Below are positions 1-12,572 of a stretch of 64,000 nt of DNA, one piece after another. Source of the stretch: Podarcis liolepis (lineage: Eukaryota); the NCBI GenBank assembly GCA_965112155.1, contig OZ218098.1. The stretch is one strand, 5' to 3'. The first letter of the stretch is position 1. Every line of letters starts with the position of its first letter. The notes below the pieces were generated by a model. It saw only the letters and a program-made list of their open reading frames with translations. It did not search any database and was not told the DNA's origin. The translations under genes and the position numbers were made by a program.

Positions 1-1470
1 ATGGCCAGTATTGATCTCTCTCTCTTATCTGTGCTTCTTTCTATTTACCCCAGTCTCCTGGATTTGATTTCCAGTACCTTAAGCTTCTTATACTGAGTCT
101 AATGCTTTGCTGCTTCTTATTCTAAAATTTTCTAAATCTCTTCTGGATGTAAAATTCCCATAGTAAAGACTGAACATATTGTGCATAAATTGACTATATA
201 ACAGAGCAGGTAGGAAGATCAGTCAATATAGCAAATGTTAAAAGTGTGTGTGTATATATGTGTTATGCTATAGAAATAGCATATACAAGATGGATGTACC
301 TTAGTATTATATCCTACTGAGTACTATATATTCAGGACACTGAATGATGCTACTTAACTATGCCCTGTCATTTTATATTTATATAAACGAATTAATTTCC
401 TTTGTATTGATGTGTACATGAAGGTACCAGCTTTGCTTAATAATCTACCATTTGGAGTGTGTTTGTATCAAGTGACCCCCCCTACTACTACAATTATGAA
501 AGTGACTTCTTATATTAGAATTGGCCATATGCTGTATATAGCAGTAGGTGTTTATGGGACACTTTGAATTGCTAGTTCTAATTAAACTTTTCCTTGAACC
601 CAATGCCACAGGGCAAATAGTTTACATTATGACTTTTCAAAGGAAAGAAACCTACCAGTTCCAAGGACTGTTTGCCAGGTGTATGAAAATTCTTTCACCT
701 ACATAATGCATCGGTAACACCCGCCCCACTAAGAGGTACTGGCAAACCATGCAGAAGGCTTGCATAGTTTACTGAAACCTGGGTTCTAAGCAAATGGCAT
801 TGTTTTTGTCTGACAAAACAAAGCTTACCTCCCAACTTGGACTTGTCCTATTTTTTAGAACAGAAAGCAGTGAGTAGTACATATATTCACCACTCTCCTG
901 TTTCACTAAAATAAGCTAAGCAGTCCACAGCCAGGGGTCAAGATCACAACATTAACATTTGGCTAGTAAGAGAAACCCTAAAAAAAAGTAAGTAGTGGGG
1001 TTTTTTTTTCCAGAAGTGTGCAACAGAGAATAGCAAGTCACTGTCTATCTCTATAAATATAACATTGAAAGTCAAAATATTGTTTGTAATGAGAAGTAAA
1101 GTGTTAGCTTCCCAGTTCTGAGTACTGTTCAGCGGAGTAGTAGGTTAAGGTTTAATAAGGATTTTAATCTGTTTCACGAGCACTGATTATGTTTTTTAAA
1201 ACAATACATGCTTGAAATTTTGTGCGGGGGTTTTATTTCTGAAATTGTGTTCCGTTATATTTTGTTTAAGCAGGTTGCTTCACAGCAAGTAACTGTAAAA
1301 TTAGAAGATTAACAACATGGGAAACTTAAAACCAAGGTGTAAATATGTCTGTATTCTCATGGCTGACAATGCTTCCTTCCCCCACCCCCCACCCCACCCC
1401 CACCAACTGTTGTAGGGCAAACTAGGGAAAATTTTATTTTTCAATAAACTTTTTCTTGTGTGACTGCGTT
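1..1470 (+). other. Probable distal 3'UTR of the upstream convergent gene (MGAT5 by synteny with human)
   Basis: AT-rich, with no ORF and no recognisable TE. Three Pumilio-type TGTANATA motifs on + (251-258, 533-540, 1338-1345). Ends in AATAAA at 1443-1448 followed by a U/GU-rich tract. Gene identity is inferred only from MGAT5 lying tail-to-tail with TMEM163 in human. Confidence 0.5.
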
Positions 1471-1475
1471 GTTTT
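1443..1475 (+). terminator. Polyadenylation signal with downstream U/GU-rich element
   Basis: AATAAA at 1443-1448, then ctttttcttgtgtgactgcgttgtttt. A second AATAAA lies at 1509-1514. Confidence 0.55.
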
Positions 1476-3052
1476 CACCCTTTCTTCCATCCAACCACAC
1501 TGCTTGCAAATAAAATTAAGATCAGAGTTTTCTTATAAATGACTCTGATAGTTATTAAAACAGAGGAAGCCAAAAGCACACTTTTCCCTCTTTCAAGAAT
1601 TGAACCTCTCTGCTTTCATTTTTCTGCTTTTGGTTGGTTTTTTTTTTTAAAGGGGGATAGTTACATTGTATAATAGACTATCTTGCCAATGCAACTGATA
1701 TTCCCCTGCTATAAAAGTCATGAAATCAGTCTTACACATATGGGTGTGAGGCCTGGTTGATGGTTTCACAGCAAAAGCTCTGTATGCCTGAAACAAAGGC
1801 GTCAGAAAAACAGTAGAAGCCGTAAATATGTGCCCAAGTATGAATATCAGTGGCAATACCAATTAATCTATACACCATGGGGGCTGCCAGCTCTTGGTAC
1901 ATTTTGTAACAAGCTCTTGGGGCCTGTTGATACATTTGCTTATGGGCTTATGGGCACTAACTAAATGCATGGTGCGACTATTCCGTTTGCTATACAATCA
2001 ATTCTTCTTTCAAGGCTGGGAGAGGAGATGCTGTGGCCTTTTGGGAATACCTCTATTGGCACATGTATGCCCACTGGTACCATATTGGCAATCCGTGCTG
2101 TGTACACCAAGGGATCTTTATTTAACCATGCCGAGCACACACACACACACACAGCTGGGATCCTAAGGAATTCCTGGAGGAAAAGTCCTCTATGCAGATA
2201 AAGCTAGCTGGCCAATTCATTGCTTGGAATCCACGACTCTTTTTTGTAACAGATCCCTCCTAGAGTGGGAGAAAATATTTGCATCATTTCTACCAACTGA
2301 CCCCATATGTTGCTGTAGAGGACTAGATGCCAAATGTGTTTAACAGGGTTTCTCTGGAGGAGATTATAGACCTGATTTATTACGAGAATCCTCATTTCTG
2401 AGGTGGTAAGGTGTCACATAGAGAATGAACTTCATTGTTAACACTGTCAGACACCCTTCAACAAGCAGTTTCAGGCAACTGCACTTCAGTGTTTTTTAAT
2501 TGGAGATAAGCATTTTTTAAAATAAAAATGTTTAATGCCTACACCTACTACCATCAGTCTCAAATTTTGAGTTCTGCACACATTTACTATATAGCAGGTG
2601 TAAGAAAAAACATATAAAAGAAGGCTAGAGGAGCTGCTGTGTTGGCTACTCAGTATGTGACTACTGTATATGTAAGCTTTTATTCCACATACGTATTTCT
2701 GTGGAAGCAGCTGCCTGGGTAAACGTCTCATTTCGACCTTTGCAAAATGCAGTATCAAAACAGTAAGAGGTACGAATTTATGTTTTGATAATTTCTGCAT
2801 ACTCACCAAATGTTAAACTCATGTAGAAAGGGCTTCATAGCTGAAAAAATGGCAGCAACATTTCAGAGGGCTTTTCTACAAGACGACTTGTTCTATTGAG
2901 GAAGCAATCTTGAACACACTTACAAGTTAGTAAGCACCACTGAAGACAGCAGGACTTAACTTTAAATAATTACATAGATTGTATTGTTAATGTATTATCT
3001 AGAGAGCTTTTGTAAAGGTTAATTACAGGTACTGTATAAAATAGGTAACAGC

Positions 3053-3058
3053 TTTATT
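3053..3058 (-). terminator. TMEM163: Candidate TMEM163 polyadenylation signal
   Basis: TTTATT on + (AATAAA on -), about 1.04 kb past the stop codon. An alternative site lies near 2680. Confidence 0.5.
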
Positions 3059-3644
3059 GATTTACATGATGGGAGTCATAACTTGTAATCCAGATATTAA
3101 ATTACATAAGATGGTGGGTGGGAACATGGAACACCTACAGAATAGCCTAACTAACAGTAGAAAGGCTATCTTACTACCACCTTGAAACCATCACTTTTAC
3201 CAGACAACAGGACACCCATGTATTTACCCATATATACCGCTACATAAGTGCATAATACAGCCATAGACATATAATCAAAAACTACCCCCTCTTGCTTTTT
3301 TGGCTTTTGCCTGTACATTAACACCTTGTGCTTATTTTGTCTGTGCAACTTAATATATTTCATAATGTGTTGCTTCATATTTATGCAGTGCAGAGAATTT
3401 TAGAAAATAGTATGAAATTCACATTAGATTCTTTGAATTTAAAAATGGAGCAGTTTAGGAAAGGGAGTTGATTTGAGGCTGGTGGGGTGGGGATTAATTC
3501 CATGCATCAAGTAGTGTCTGTTGCCCCCCATAAGCTAAGTACAATACCACTGAGTTCTGTGCAGAAGACATTGGGAATGTCTCACTTGCTGACACATTCT
3601 GAAACGCTGGTGGCAACGTAACTAAAGGCCATCTCTTGTCTATA

Positions 3645-3728
3645 TTAGATGCAGTAGTAGTCTCTTGTCTATAGAAGCTCATGCCACAATAAACCTGTTA
3701 GTCCTTAAGGTGCCATGGTAAAAGACTA
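3645..3728 (+). mobile_element. Old Penelope-like terminal fragment with a decayed hammerhead, inside the TMEM163 3'UTR
   Basis: gaagctcatgccacaataaacctgttagtccttaaggtgcca resembles the gaaagctcatacc...gtctttaaggtgctac end of the copies at 30.8 and 47.7 kb. Confidence 0.55.
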
Positions 3729-4094
3729 CTGTGGCTGCGCCCTCTCGGGTTTGGCTCCTTTATACAGGCATCTGTTGTGTTGAAGAACTCTTAATATTCC
3801 AGAAGACAAAACATGGCGGCTTGATTAGAACTGTGCACTTTGCTCATCTCAGTTACCATTTGCAGGATTTTAAATAGCACACACAAAAGAAAACGGCTGC
3901 TTGTTGCTACTTTTGCCAAGATCTAAGCGGTGTACATATTTGCCTAATTGTACAGATTGACCTTTTCTTGGAAAGATAATGTAAAAAGAAAATATACCAT
4001 GAGAAACAAAGTGCAATCTTGTAAATATAATTGGCACCGTTTGCCAGGATGTAGTACGTTATCACATTTTGCAAAAGTCCATGGTGCTCTGTCT

Positions 4095-4155
4095 TTATTC
4101 AAACATTTCATAATGACGTGTTTGCCGTACACGAGGAACCATGTCCACAAGTAGT
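4095..4155 (-). CDS. TMEM163: TMEM163 last coding exon (exon 8 equivalent), (K)LLVDMVPRVRQTRHYEMFE*
   Basis: Acceptor ttcatttccAG, 61 coding nt, TAA at 4095-4097. C-terminus matches the recognisable TMEM163 end VPRVRQTRHYEMFE. Confidence 0.97.
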
Positions 4156-4572
4156 CTGGAAATGAAAGCACATGTTGATGAAGGACAAAAGTCAAAAGTT
4201 GTAAGCAGAAAATCATGGACAATGGTGCTGGAAGATTTTTGAGAATATATCTTTGTATTCTATCCAGAGCTCAACCACTGCAAAGTAGATTTTGATAAGG
4301 TGGATTCCAAAAGGTGTTCTAAGCAAGGCATGCAATTGTAAGTCACCCAATACATTGATATTTAAGCAATGAAACTTTGTAGCAATAAGGTAGTAAGGGC
4401 AATGGTAAATACTGACGATACACCACAGCAAAGTAAGTGCAACACCTCAGGAAATGGTGTTGAGGTTGCTACCCCATGCCTCAAGCATCATATACAAGGA
4501 ACAGCTCATCACAGTATCTGGTAAGCATGCAAACACAAAGAATAAGGTGAAAAAAGGAACAACTTCACTTAC

Positions 4573-4714
4573 TTCGCTCCATAGGCAAATATTGTCAGTC
4601 CAATTAGAACACCTATACTTCCATCCAGGTACCAAACAGCAGCATTGTGTTTAAAAACCTCCGCACTTATAAGTATGGAGAATCCCATTATTCCTCCTAC
4701 CAGAGAGTTGAAAC
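4573..4714 (-). CDS. TMEM163: TMEM163 exon 7 equivalent, (G)FNSLVGGIMGFSILISAEVFKHNAAVWYLDGSIGVLIGLTIFAYGA(K)
   Basis: 142 nt; acceptor tttttatttcAG, donor GTAAGT; phases join both neighbours. Confidence 0.97.
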
Positions 4715-6777
4715 CTGAAATAAAAAGTATAAATTTAGACTTGTCCAAGAACCAAAGAGTTTGCTCATCAGTTTAATGAGTTACATGGGTACCATTGTCA
4801 ACTCACATAAAATAAACCCACTAAGAAATTTAAGCTTTTCTGGGTACTGGCCACAAGATGTCACTCTGATCATGTGTCTCACATGAAAATACTGACCACT
4901 TTGATACTGCAAGGTGTTTTTTTATCAGACTTTGCTTATGTTTACATTATAATAGTTAGGAATCTAGGATAAGTGCCGAGAACATGCATCTGCCTTCATC
5001 ACAGAGCTTGTTCTGTAGGTTTTAAGGAAACCTACGACAGCTTGGCTAACTCTCAACCACCCTTCATTGCCTTTTCCCTAGAGGACTCTCTATATATGGT
5101 AAAAGAGCCAGAGTGTCTGAGCCTTTAGGAATTCATAAGCAGCAGCTCAAGTAATCCTCTGCTAAGGATGGTTTTTGCCTTGGAAGTTCCACCACGCATC
5201 CCACCTTTGAATAGTTAATACTTGCACTTCAAACAACTCCATTTCTTCCTACTGGTAGTTCTCACTCAGGTACCCACACCATTTTACAGCAATGTGAACC
5301 AGGCATTCTAACTTCTCTCTGTAATGCAGTTTCACTCTATGCATGTCTATCCAGCATCTGCCATCTTCACACCCTATTCGTAATTAGATTCCTCCCATCT
5401 CTGCTGCCTCTTAGGGTGCTGGTCCAAGCAGAATGCTGTCTTTGGGTGCTTCCAAATGCCGGCCAATAGGCATTTCAGATCAGACTGCTATGTGTGTATT
5501 CAACATGTTAGTTTTCACACATTCCTGTTTGTTTCGCCCCAGTCATCGCTACTCATTGCTGTTACACTGCTTGCCACTCGCAGGAGAAGATGGAGGTTGC
5601 TGGAATGACTCTGGAGGGCTTTTTGGTTGTACACTCAAGTTACTCCTACCCTGCCATTTATTGCTTTTTCTGTTCTGGGCATGCCCCGAGCCACTGCTGC
5701 ACTTTGCCCTGACCACCTAATCATATGCATTAAGGTGCCTAAATGTGTGCTGGGACGGGGGGTGCCTTATTTCATGAGCAGCCAATCTATTGCTGGGGGT
5801 GGGCACCGAAGATCCCCTTGGGGGGGAAATCACTGGAATGAAAAATACTTAAAAGGGCAATAAAAACAGCAAAAGCACCCTACTTCAGCTCAGCCTAATG
5901 GCAATCAGCCTTCCCTTGTTTACCATACTAACACCTAGGGATGCTAGGTACCTATCAGGCTGGCCACGAGATGTCTCTCCTCTGCAGCGAGAAGTCTTTG
6001 AGAAATTGCAGTCCTTACTAGTGCTGGTGAAACATAAAATACTGCCTTGCTTGTTGTGCTGTTGCTGTTCTATCCATGTTTCGAAGGGGCTACTAATTAT
6101 ACTGCACAACAAATTAATATTTATTTTACTTAACGGAATTGGTATACTGCTTTACAAAGAATATAGTTTAGACTGTGGGAATCATCACAAACAGAAGAAA
6201 GCTTGGAGAATGGGACTTGCCTACCCTCCATCCCAGCCCCTCAGCTTTGTAATTTGATTACTTTCAGATTCTAATGAAATTTGCATTTGGAGAGAAAAGG
6301 ATTAATGAGGCCAGAGTGACTGCTCAAAGTTCCTTAATAGTCAAGCTGCCAGCCTCATCCTTTGTTAGGAAAGTTACAGGTAAATAGCCCAGAATCCCCA
6401 AGGAAATAGAGTTAAGAAGCATATCTCCAAACTAAGGACAACCTTAAGCAAGTGTGTACATGCACACATTTGCCCATAGAAAGATATAGACAGAAACAAA
6501 GAAAACTGCAGTTTGAATCAGGAAGGTGGAATGAGCTTTTGGAAGTCTGATGTAGGAGCAGTGATTTCAATAATGTTATGTTCTGTCTCCACCTATGCTC
6601 AGCTTGTGTATCAGTAAATAACTTGAATATTACAAAAAAAAAACCCTATTAAATCACCAATGATTTATTTTCCAAAGGCAGCCAGACCTGGATGAGCACT
6701 GCCCCTAGAAGATTCCACCAGTTGGAGAAATGGTAGTGTACATAATACTATTCCTGGGTTCACCTTATGTGTCAGTA

Positions 6778-7200
6778 GCAAGGTCTGTCCAAAACATTTG
6801 GGCACCTAAGGCGGACGTCCAAATAGCACTCCCCCTCCAGGGGCAGAGGAAGGGGATGTGGTGGGTACGGAATGCCCCAGGTGTCACCACTGAGGGAGAT
6901 GACAAAATGCCGAGCGGCACTCACCTGGGAGAGACGCTGTGGCTTGGGTGCACGCAGGCTCTGCCCACTGCCTCCCCACCCCAGCTGTAGGGCAGCTGAG
7001 TGGGAGGAGGCAGGCAGACTCCAGAGCCCCCATCGCATGGCACCCAAGCAGTTTCCTCCGCTGCTGCCCCCCTCACCAGGGAAGAAGGGGTGAGGGAAGA
7101 TTTACAACAGAAACAAGTGGTGGTGGAATCTGCTGTCCTGGTGGTTCATGCTGCCTGAGGCAGTTACCTCACCTTAGCTCATGGGTGGGCTGGCCCTGGT
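6778..7200. mobile_element. GC-rich non-autonomous DNA transposon (MITE), degenerate CAGGGCCGGCCC-type termini
   Basis: Ends caaggtctgtcc ... gggctggccctg. The subterminal gcctgaggcagttacctcacc recurs at ~16978-17015. Confidence 0.5.
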
Positions 7201-7928
7201 CAGCAGCAATTTACCAGGGTAAATAGATAGTTCAGTTATCTATTGTTATCCACAAGTCTCTGCCTGCTGATCAGGTTCCATCTTGAGCCTTCCCAGATAC
7301 CATATTGTCTCTGCTAACTTGAGAACATTGGCAAGCATAATATATGCTTCCTCACTTAGCATGTTTTTAAACAATTAACTAAGACTAAATACACGAGACA
7401 TCTGCAGACTTAAAAAAAGAAATCCCTGTTAGATAGAAAATGCTGAATTCTGCACCCTACTCTGTGCTGTCTAAAAGAAACTTACAGTTCCACAGGCTGT
7501 CACGGTAGGAAGCAAATTAACAGGAATCAGAAAAGTGCTAACAGGCAAAAGAGACATACTAATTCACTTTGTGCAACTGCTGCTTCCACCCCCTTGCTGT
7601 ATTGCTTGCTTGTGGGTGGGAATCTCACCCTCCCAAAGATTATATTCCACCAAAAGCCAAAAATACAAAGAGAGAAATCTGTGCGTAGCTGCCTGACTAA
7701 AATAGCTTGAATGCACAGACACCAGGCTAATTACAGAGTTCAGTCTCTAATTTAGCTAACAATAAAATCAGCAGCAACACAATTATCACGACGACATAAT
7801 TAATGGAAGAGAAGTTCCTCAGCTATTTGCAAAATGCAGGACTAGTTGAAAACACTGGTAATCATGTCCTATTAAACAGGTAGAGAAGTGGGACAAAACA
7901 TTCCATCAGTTTTACCACTGAGCCAATT

Positions 7929-8212
7929 CAGATGGTCTTATCTTGGTTTAATAAGCAGAGATATGAATGAGCCTTTTTTATCAACACACACAACCGCTTT
8001 GTGCGAGCTGCAATTAAACCCAGAAGTCTCGAATTTCCAGTTTTGATGAAACTGACATCTGGTGAAACTATGGTCACCAGCTCTTAACAAGCCAGGGTAT
8101 TTAAACACAACTTCCAACCATGGTTAGAGACTTCTGATTTAAATCACGACTGGAGAAAGGGTCTGCACAGACAGGCAAAAACTCATTAATATTTGGCTTA
8201 TTCATCAGCTGA
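7929..8212. mobile_element. Old palindromic DNA-transposon-like element
   Basis: Nested imperfect inverted blocks: tcagatg/cagctga, aataagc/gcttatt, cagaagtct/agacttctg. Confidence 0.45.
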
Positions 8213-8225
8213 AATAACTGTTATA

Positions 8226-8438
8226 CAGTAGTACTTGGGTTAAGAGCTTAATTCATTCTGAAGGTTCATTCTTAACCTGAAACTGTTCTTAACCTGAGGT
8301 ACCACTTTAGCTAATGGGTCCTTGCGCTGTCGCCACACGATTTCTGTTCTCATCCTGAAGCAAAGTTCTTAACCTGAGGTAATATTTCTGGGTTAGTGGA
8401 GTCTGTAACCTGAAGCGTCTGAACCTGAGGTACCACTG
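8226..8438. mobile_element. Tc1/mariner (Tigger/pogo-like) MITE, family A
   Basis: TA|cagtagtacttgggtt ... aacctgaggtaccactg|TA; homologous to 12347-12572. Confidence 0.85.
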
Positions 8439-8997
8439 TATACAACTGAAAATGGCCCATCTTCAATGGGTCCTTTAACTACAGGGGTGGCTAAATTTGG
8501 AGTCTATGGCTGCACTGACCCAGGGTGACTCCCCTGGGGGCCATGCAGAAAAGGAGACATAGCCTTACTTTTAAACAAAAAAACTGTGACTTTTTTGGGG
8601 GGGAAATCATTGTATAATTCATTCAGAAGCAGTAACACCAAGCACACCTTCACCCCCAAAATTGCTTTCATTGATTAAGCAGCTGGACTTGACACTGAAC
8701 TTCTGGGTAGGAGGATAAATTCCCAGGAAGGCACATTTGTTTTTGGGACCCCCAACAGTGGCACAACTCCAGAGCAGGTAAACTTTTGCTGCCTCCATGC
8801 TCTGCTTTTGCTGCTGCTCTTCCTGAAAGGAAAGGGGAAAAGCCAGACCATTCCTGGGGGACCACAGAGACAGAGAGACACAGACATGCAAAAATCACTG
8901 AAATGCAGCAGCTGGCCTTGATTATAGACTTCTAGGAGTGGTGGGGAAATTAGACAATTGTTTTTTGGGCTAAAGAGGGGGCATTTGTGTTGAGTTA

Positions 8998-9164
8998 CCG
9001 TATTTTTTGCACCATAACACTCACTTTTTTCCTCCTAGAAAGTAAGGGGAAATGTCTGTGCGTGTTATGGAGGAAATGCCTACGGGTGGCATGCCTACAG
9101 ATTTTCCTCCTCTAAAAACTACGTGCGTGTTATGGTTGTGCGTGTTATAGAGCGAAAAATACGG
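8998..9164. mobile_element. Tc1/mariner MITE with CCGTATTTT termini
   Basis: TA|ccgtattttttgcaccataacac ... gtgttatagagcgaaaaatacgg|TA. Confidence 0.85.
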
Positions 9165-10588
9165 TAATTACCATAGCACACTCACTCCAGTGCTTTAGCC
9201 TCCAAGTTCCAGTAGTTCAAACTTAAAAGCATCTCAGCACTCTCATCAGCAGTCATGGATTTTCTTTTTTTAAAAAAAGAATTGCCACAATTGTTTGCTC
9301 ACAGCTGATGGCTCTGACAGCTGTGATGATGTGCAAGCAGTCAGCTTTTTCTGCTACCACAAGCACCACTTGCTCTTCCAACAGTTGTGATCCTTCTTCA
9401 ACAGTCAAATCATCTAGGGAATTTTTACCCATGACGCTACACCCTACAGAACATCACAGGGCAGTATTTTCACCCATCCCAGGGAGTGGAAAGAGTAACC
9501 CTGACCCTCCTAAAGGAGCCTCTTCCAATGCTTTAGTTTGTAACAATGAGTCTCCTGTTTCTTACAACCAATGTTTCACTGTGAGGAGAGGGGCTTATAC
9601 TAAGAAAGAGAAATGGTCTTTAAGGTACATAGGCCCCAGGCAATTAAAAGCTTCAAAACATAAGAACCAACACTAGGAAGCTAACCAGCAGCCAGTATAA
9701 CTGCTGCAGTACTGAGTGAATATGGTCTCACCTCCCAAAATGTACCAGTAGGAAAGCAGTGGCATTCTGCAGCTTCCAAATGATCTTTTTGGCACTCTCT
9801 TGCACAAAGCGCAAGGCAGTGATCATTCCTAGAGACTATAAAAGCTCAGTACACATGGCTAGACCCTTTCCAATAAATACCAGAGCTTAGGTAACACAGA
9901 TTTAAAAAATAAATAAATAATGCTTATATGTTACTTTTCAACAGATCTGAACCATATTTAATTGCATTAAAATGAAATTGGTGGTATCAAAGCATCTGTT
10001 TCCAGCTTTTGTTTTAGGATCACAGAGAGGCACCATGCCTCAGAATACCACACAGCAGGAAAATCCTATTGCACTCATTTGTCCCACATGAGGGACCACT
10101 GTGGGAAACAGGATGACTGCACTAGGTAGCCTTCGTCTGTGCTCCCTACTTGAATTTCTCATGTCTGCTGTCTTGACTCCTGTGGAATTTTTCATTTGGA
10201 GCAAGACAAATAGGGGTTGTCCCCAATAAATAATTACAGTATTCTTGCTGCTGTTTGACATCTTTTTATGCACTACACAGCAGCCTGCATGGACGAAACC
10301 ATCCAGTATCAGAAGAAGCCTATGATTTGGCCATGTTTTGTGGCCCTCTCATTTCCTGCAACACACACACTCCATCTGACTACTATTAATGCATTCAAGC
10401 TCTCCTGACTTGCTTGCAAATATTATTACTATTATTAAGTCCTTGGGGTTTACTGGTCTCCATGCTTTATTTAAAGAGCTACTTCCATCCATCGATCGTT
10501 TTGTCACTTGGAATGTCTTCATTTTTCTATAGCTTATAGTTGCCAGAAATGCCAGAAATAAAAATCTCTGCAAATCAGGGAAGCTAAG

Positions 10589-10755
10589 GCTGCATACATA
10601 CAATGCATTTAAAGCAAGCACACCCCCCCCAAAAAAAGAATCATTTGTTAAAAGTGCTGGGAATTATAGCTCTGTGTAGGGTAAACTACGGTTCCTATTA
10701 ATCTTGGCGCAGAGGGGGGCGGTCTGTCCTTACAGCATTTGGTGATTATGCAGTC
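10589..10755. mobile_element. MITE with GGCTGCATAC-type termini (probably PIF/Harbinger)
   Basis: taa|ggctgcatacatacaatgcatttaaagc ... ttatgcagtc; related to 29651-29825 and ~59692-59800. Confidence 0.5.
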
Positions 10756-10919
10756 CGAATCAAATGTTTAATTTAATAGTAAGAAACTCAACAAATCTGT
10801 CAGCTGCACGTTAACTGGTAGCTCATAACTGTAGCTGTTTTTGTATTTTATCTTATGTTTATCTCACTCATCTTTCATCTTATATAAAAGTAGCCAAAAC
10901 TGTGATACTTGCTACTTAC

Positions 10920-11031
10920 CATCAGTTAACAATGCTCTGCTTGTGAGCACATTCCCCAACATAAATTTGATCACTGCCAAGGTAGTACAAAGGATTCCAC
11001 TTAAAATAGAAACACTATATAGAAAGTTATC
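10920..11031 (-). CDS. TMEM163: TMEM163 exon 6 equivalent, DNFLYSVSILSGILCTTLAVIKFMLGNVLTSRALLTD(G)
   Basis: 112 nt; strong polypyrimidine tract plus ccAG, donor GTAAGT; visible in ORF 10912..11094. Confidence 0.97.
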
Positions 11032-11759
11032 CTGGAAAAGAAAAAAGAAAAATATATTATGTGTCACTTTTGCCATGTAATACAAAGCTGTCAAATAAAT
11101 GTATAGATCTGGGCCCGAGCAAAACGCTTCTGGAGGTGGCTAGATATATCTGAACAGCTGTGAGTGTGGGCACATGAGCAATTCATACGCATATCTCAAT
11201 CAGTAAATGTTATCTTCGAAAGGGAACTACTTCTCTCTCCCATAGGGATATGTGAGAGTGATGCTCTTACCCTCTCTGTGCAAGAAAGATCAACAACTTC
11301 CCCATTCAAACATACCTCAGGAGCATGAAAAAGGTGCAAGATTCAGCAGCACATCTGCTGGAGCACCCCAAAACCTCCCAGGATGGATCAAAACCCACAA
11401 TGGCTCAGAAGAAAAGGAGGAACTAGCCCCTAGCACAGAGCCGTCTTTCCCATTGGGTGGGCTGGTGGGCGTGCAGCTTGCCTCCCAAGCCTCCGCGGGA
11501 GGAGAGCAATCCCCACAGAGGCCCAAACCCCCGTGGGAGGAGAGCGATCCCCGCAGAGACTTGGGAAAAGGTCGACAACTCTGGGAAATGGGGGTGGGGC
11601 ACCGGATATGCTTAAGATGGCCCTGCCCTAGCAGCTTGTCTGGCAAGTATCCTGGAAGGGGGAATTAAGTTGCAAGGATGTGTACTATGAGAGTAAACAT
11701 ACAGGTTCTGGGCTGGCTAGCTGCCACTGATATAGCAGAAAACAAGGGAAGGGGGCAGC

Positions 11760-11910
11760 CATGGGAGTAGCCAGGATTTATTTGGGGGGTAGGCTTTATG
11801 TTTGGGGAACAGAACAAAGTTATCTGCAACAAAACTGGTCAGTTAGCTAAGTATTTTTATTTACTTACCTGATTGGGGGGGGCAGCTGCACCCACCTGGT
11901 TATGCACATG
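11760..11910. mobile_element. hAT MITE
   Basis: TIRs catgggagtagccagg / cctggttatgcacatg; 8-bp TSD ggggcagc (11752-11759) / ggggcaac (11911-11918). Confidence 0.75.
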
Positions 11911-12346
11911 GGGGCAACTGTGTCTCCCTCCCCACACTTTCCTCTAGCATTATATAGGAATAATGAGAAGGAGAGGAAAAATGAGACCCATTCTCTTTCC
12001 CAGATTCCCTGCTCTATCAGTGCTCATTTTCAGGGTCACTATGCAATCCTAAACCTGATCCCTCCGTCTCTTTATAGAACAGGGATGGGGAAGAATAAAA
12101 GGGTCCATTTCCCTTTCACCCTTCCAGAAATGCATCTCCTGCCTGGCCTGGACATTTCAAACCAGCCTGGAACAGGAAAACTCTCCTTAAGGGGTAGGGA
12201 TACAGCGCAACATTTCATTGCACATGCCACATGCACTGTCTATTTTTGAACTAGAAATAGGTTATTATACCAACTAAGATCTAATAAAATAGTATTCTCA
12301 TTCTAGGATTTTATTTTATTTCAAAGTTGCATGCTCCATGCAAATA

Positions 12347-12572
12347 CTGTGGTACCTTGGGTTAAGAACTTAATTCATTCTGGAGGTTGGTTCTTAACCT
12401 GAAACTGTTCTTAACCTGAAGCACCACTTTAGCTAATGGAGCCTCCTGCTGCCGCTACGCTGCTGCTGCACAATTTCTGTTCTCATCCTGAAGCAAAGTT
12501 CTTAACCCGAGGTAATATTTCTAGGTTAGCGGAGTTTGTAACCTGAAGCGTATGTAACCCGAGGTACCACTG
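12347..12572. mobile_element. Tc1/mariner (Tigger/pogo-like) MITE, family A
   Basis: TA|ctgtggtaccttgggtta ... taacccgaggtaccactg|TA; same orientation as 8226-8438. Confidence 0.85.

Larger units (their letters stand above)
3035..4094 (-). other. TMEM163: TMEM163 3'UTR (approximate)
   Basis: Lies between the TAA stop (4095-4097) and the candidate polyA signal. Confidence 0.55.

Noticed and set aside
11252-11690. 138-aa GC-rich ORF
   Set aside because: Low-complexity peptide with no motif; more likely an old LTR-like remnant whose boundaries I cannot define.
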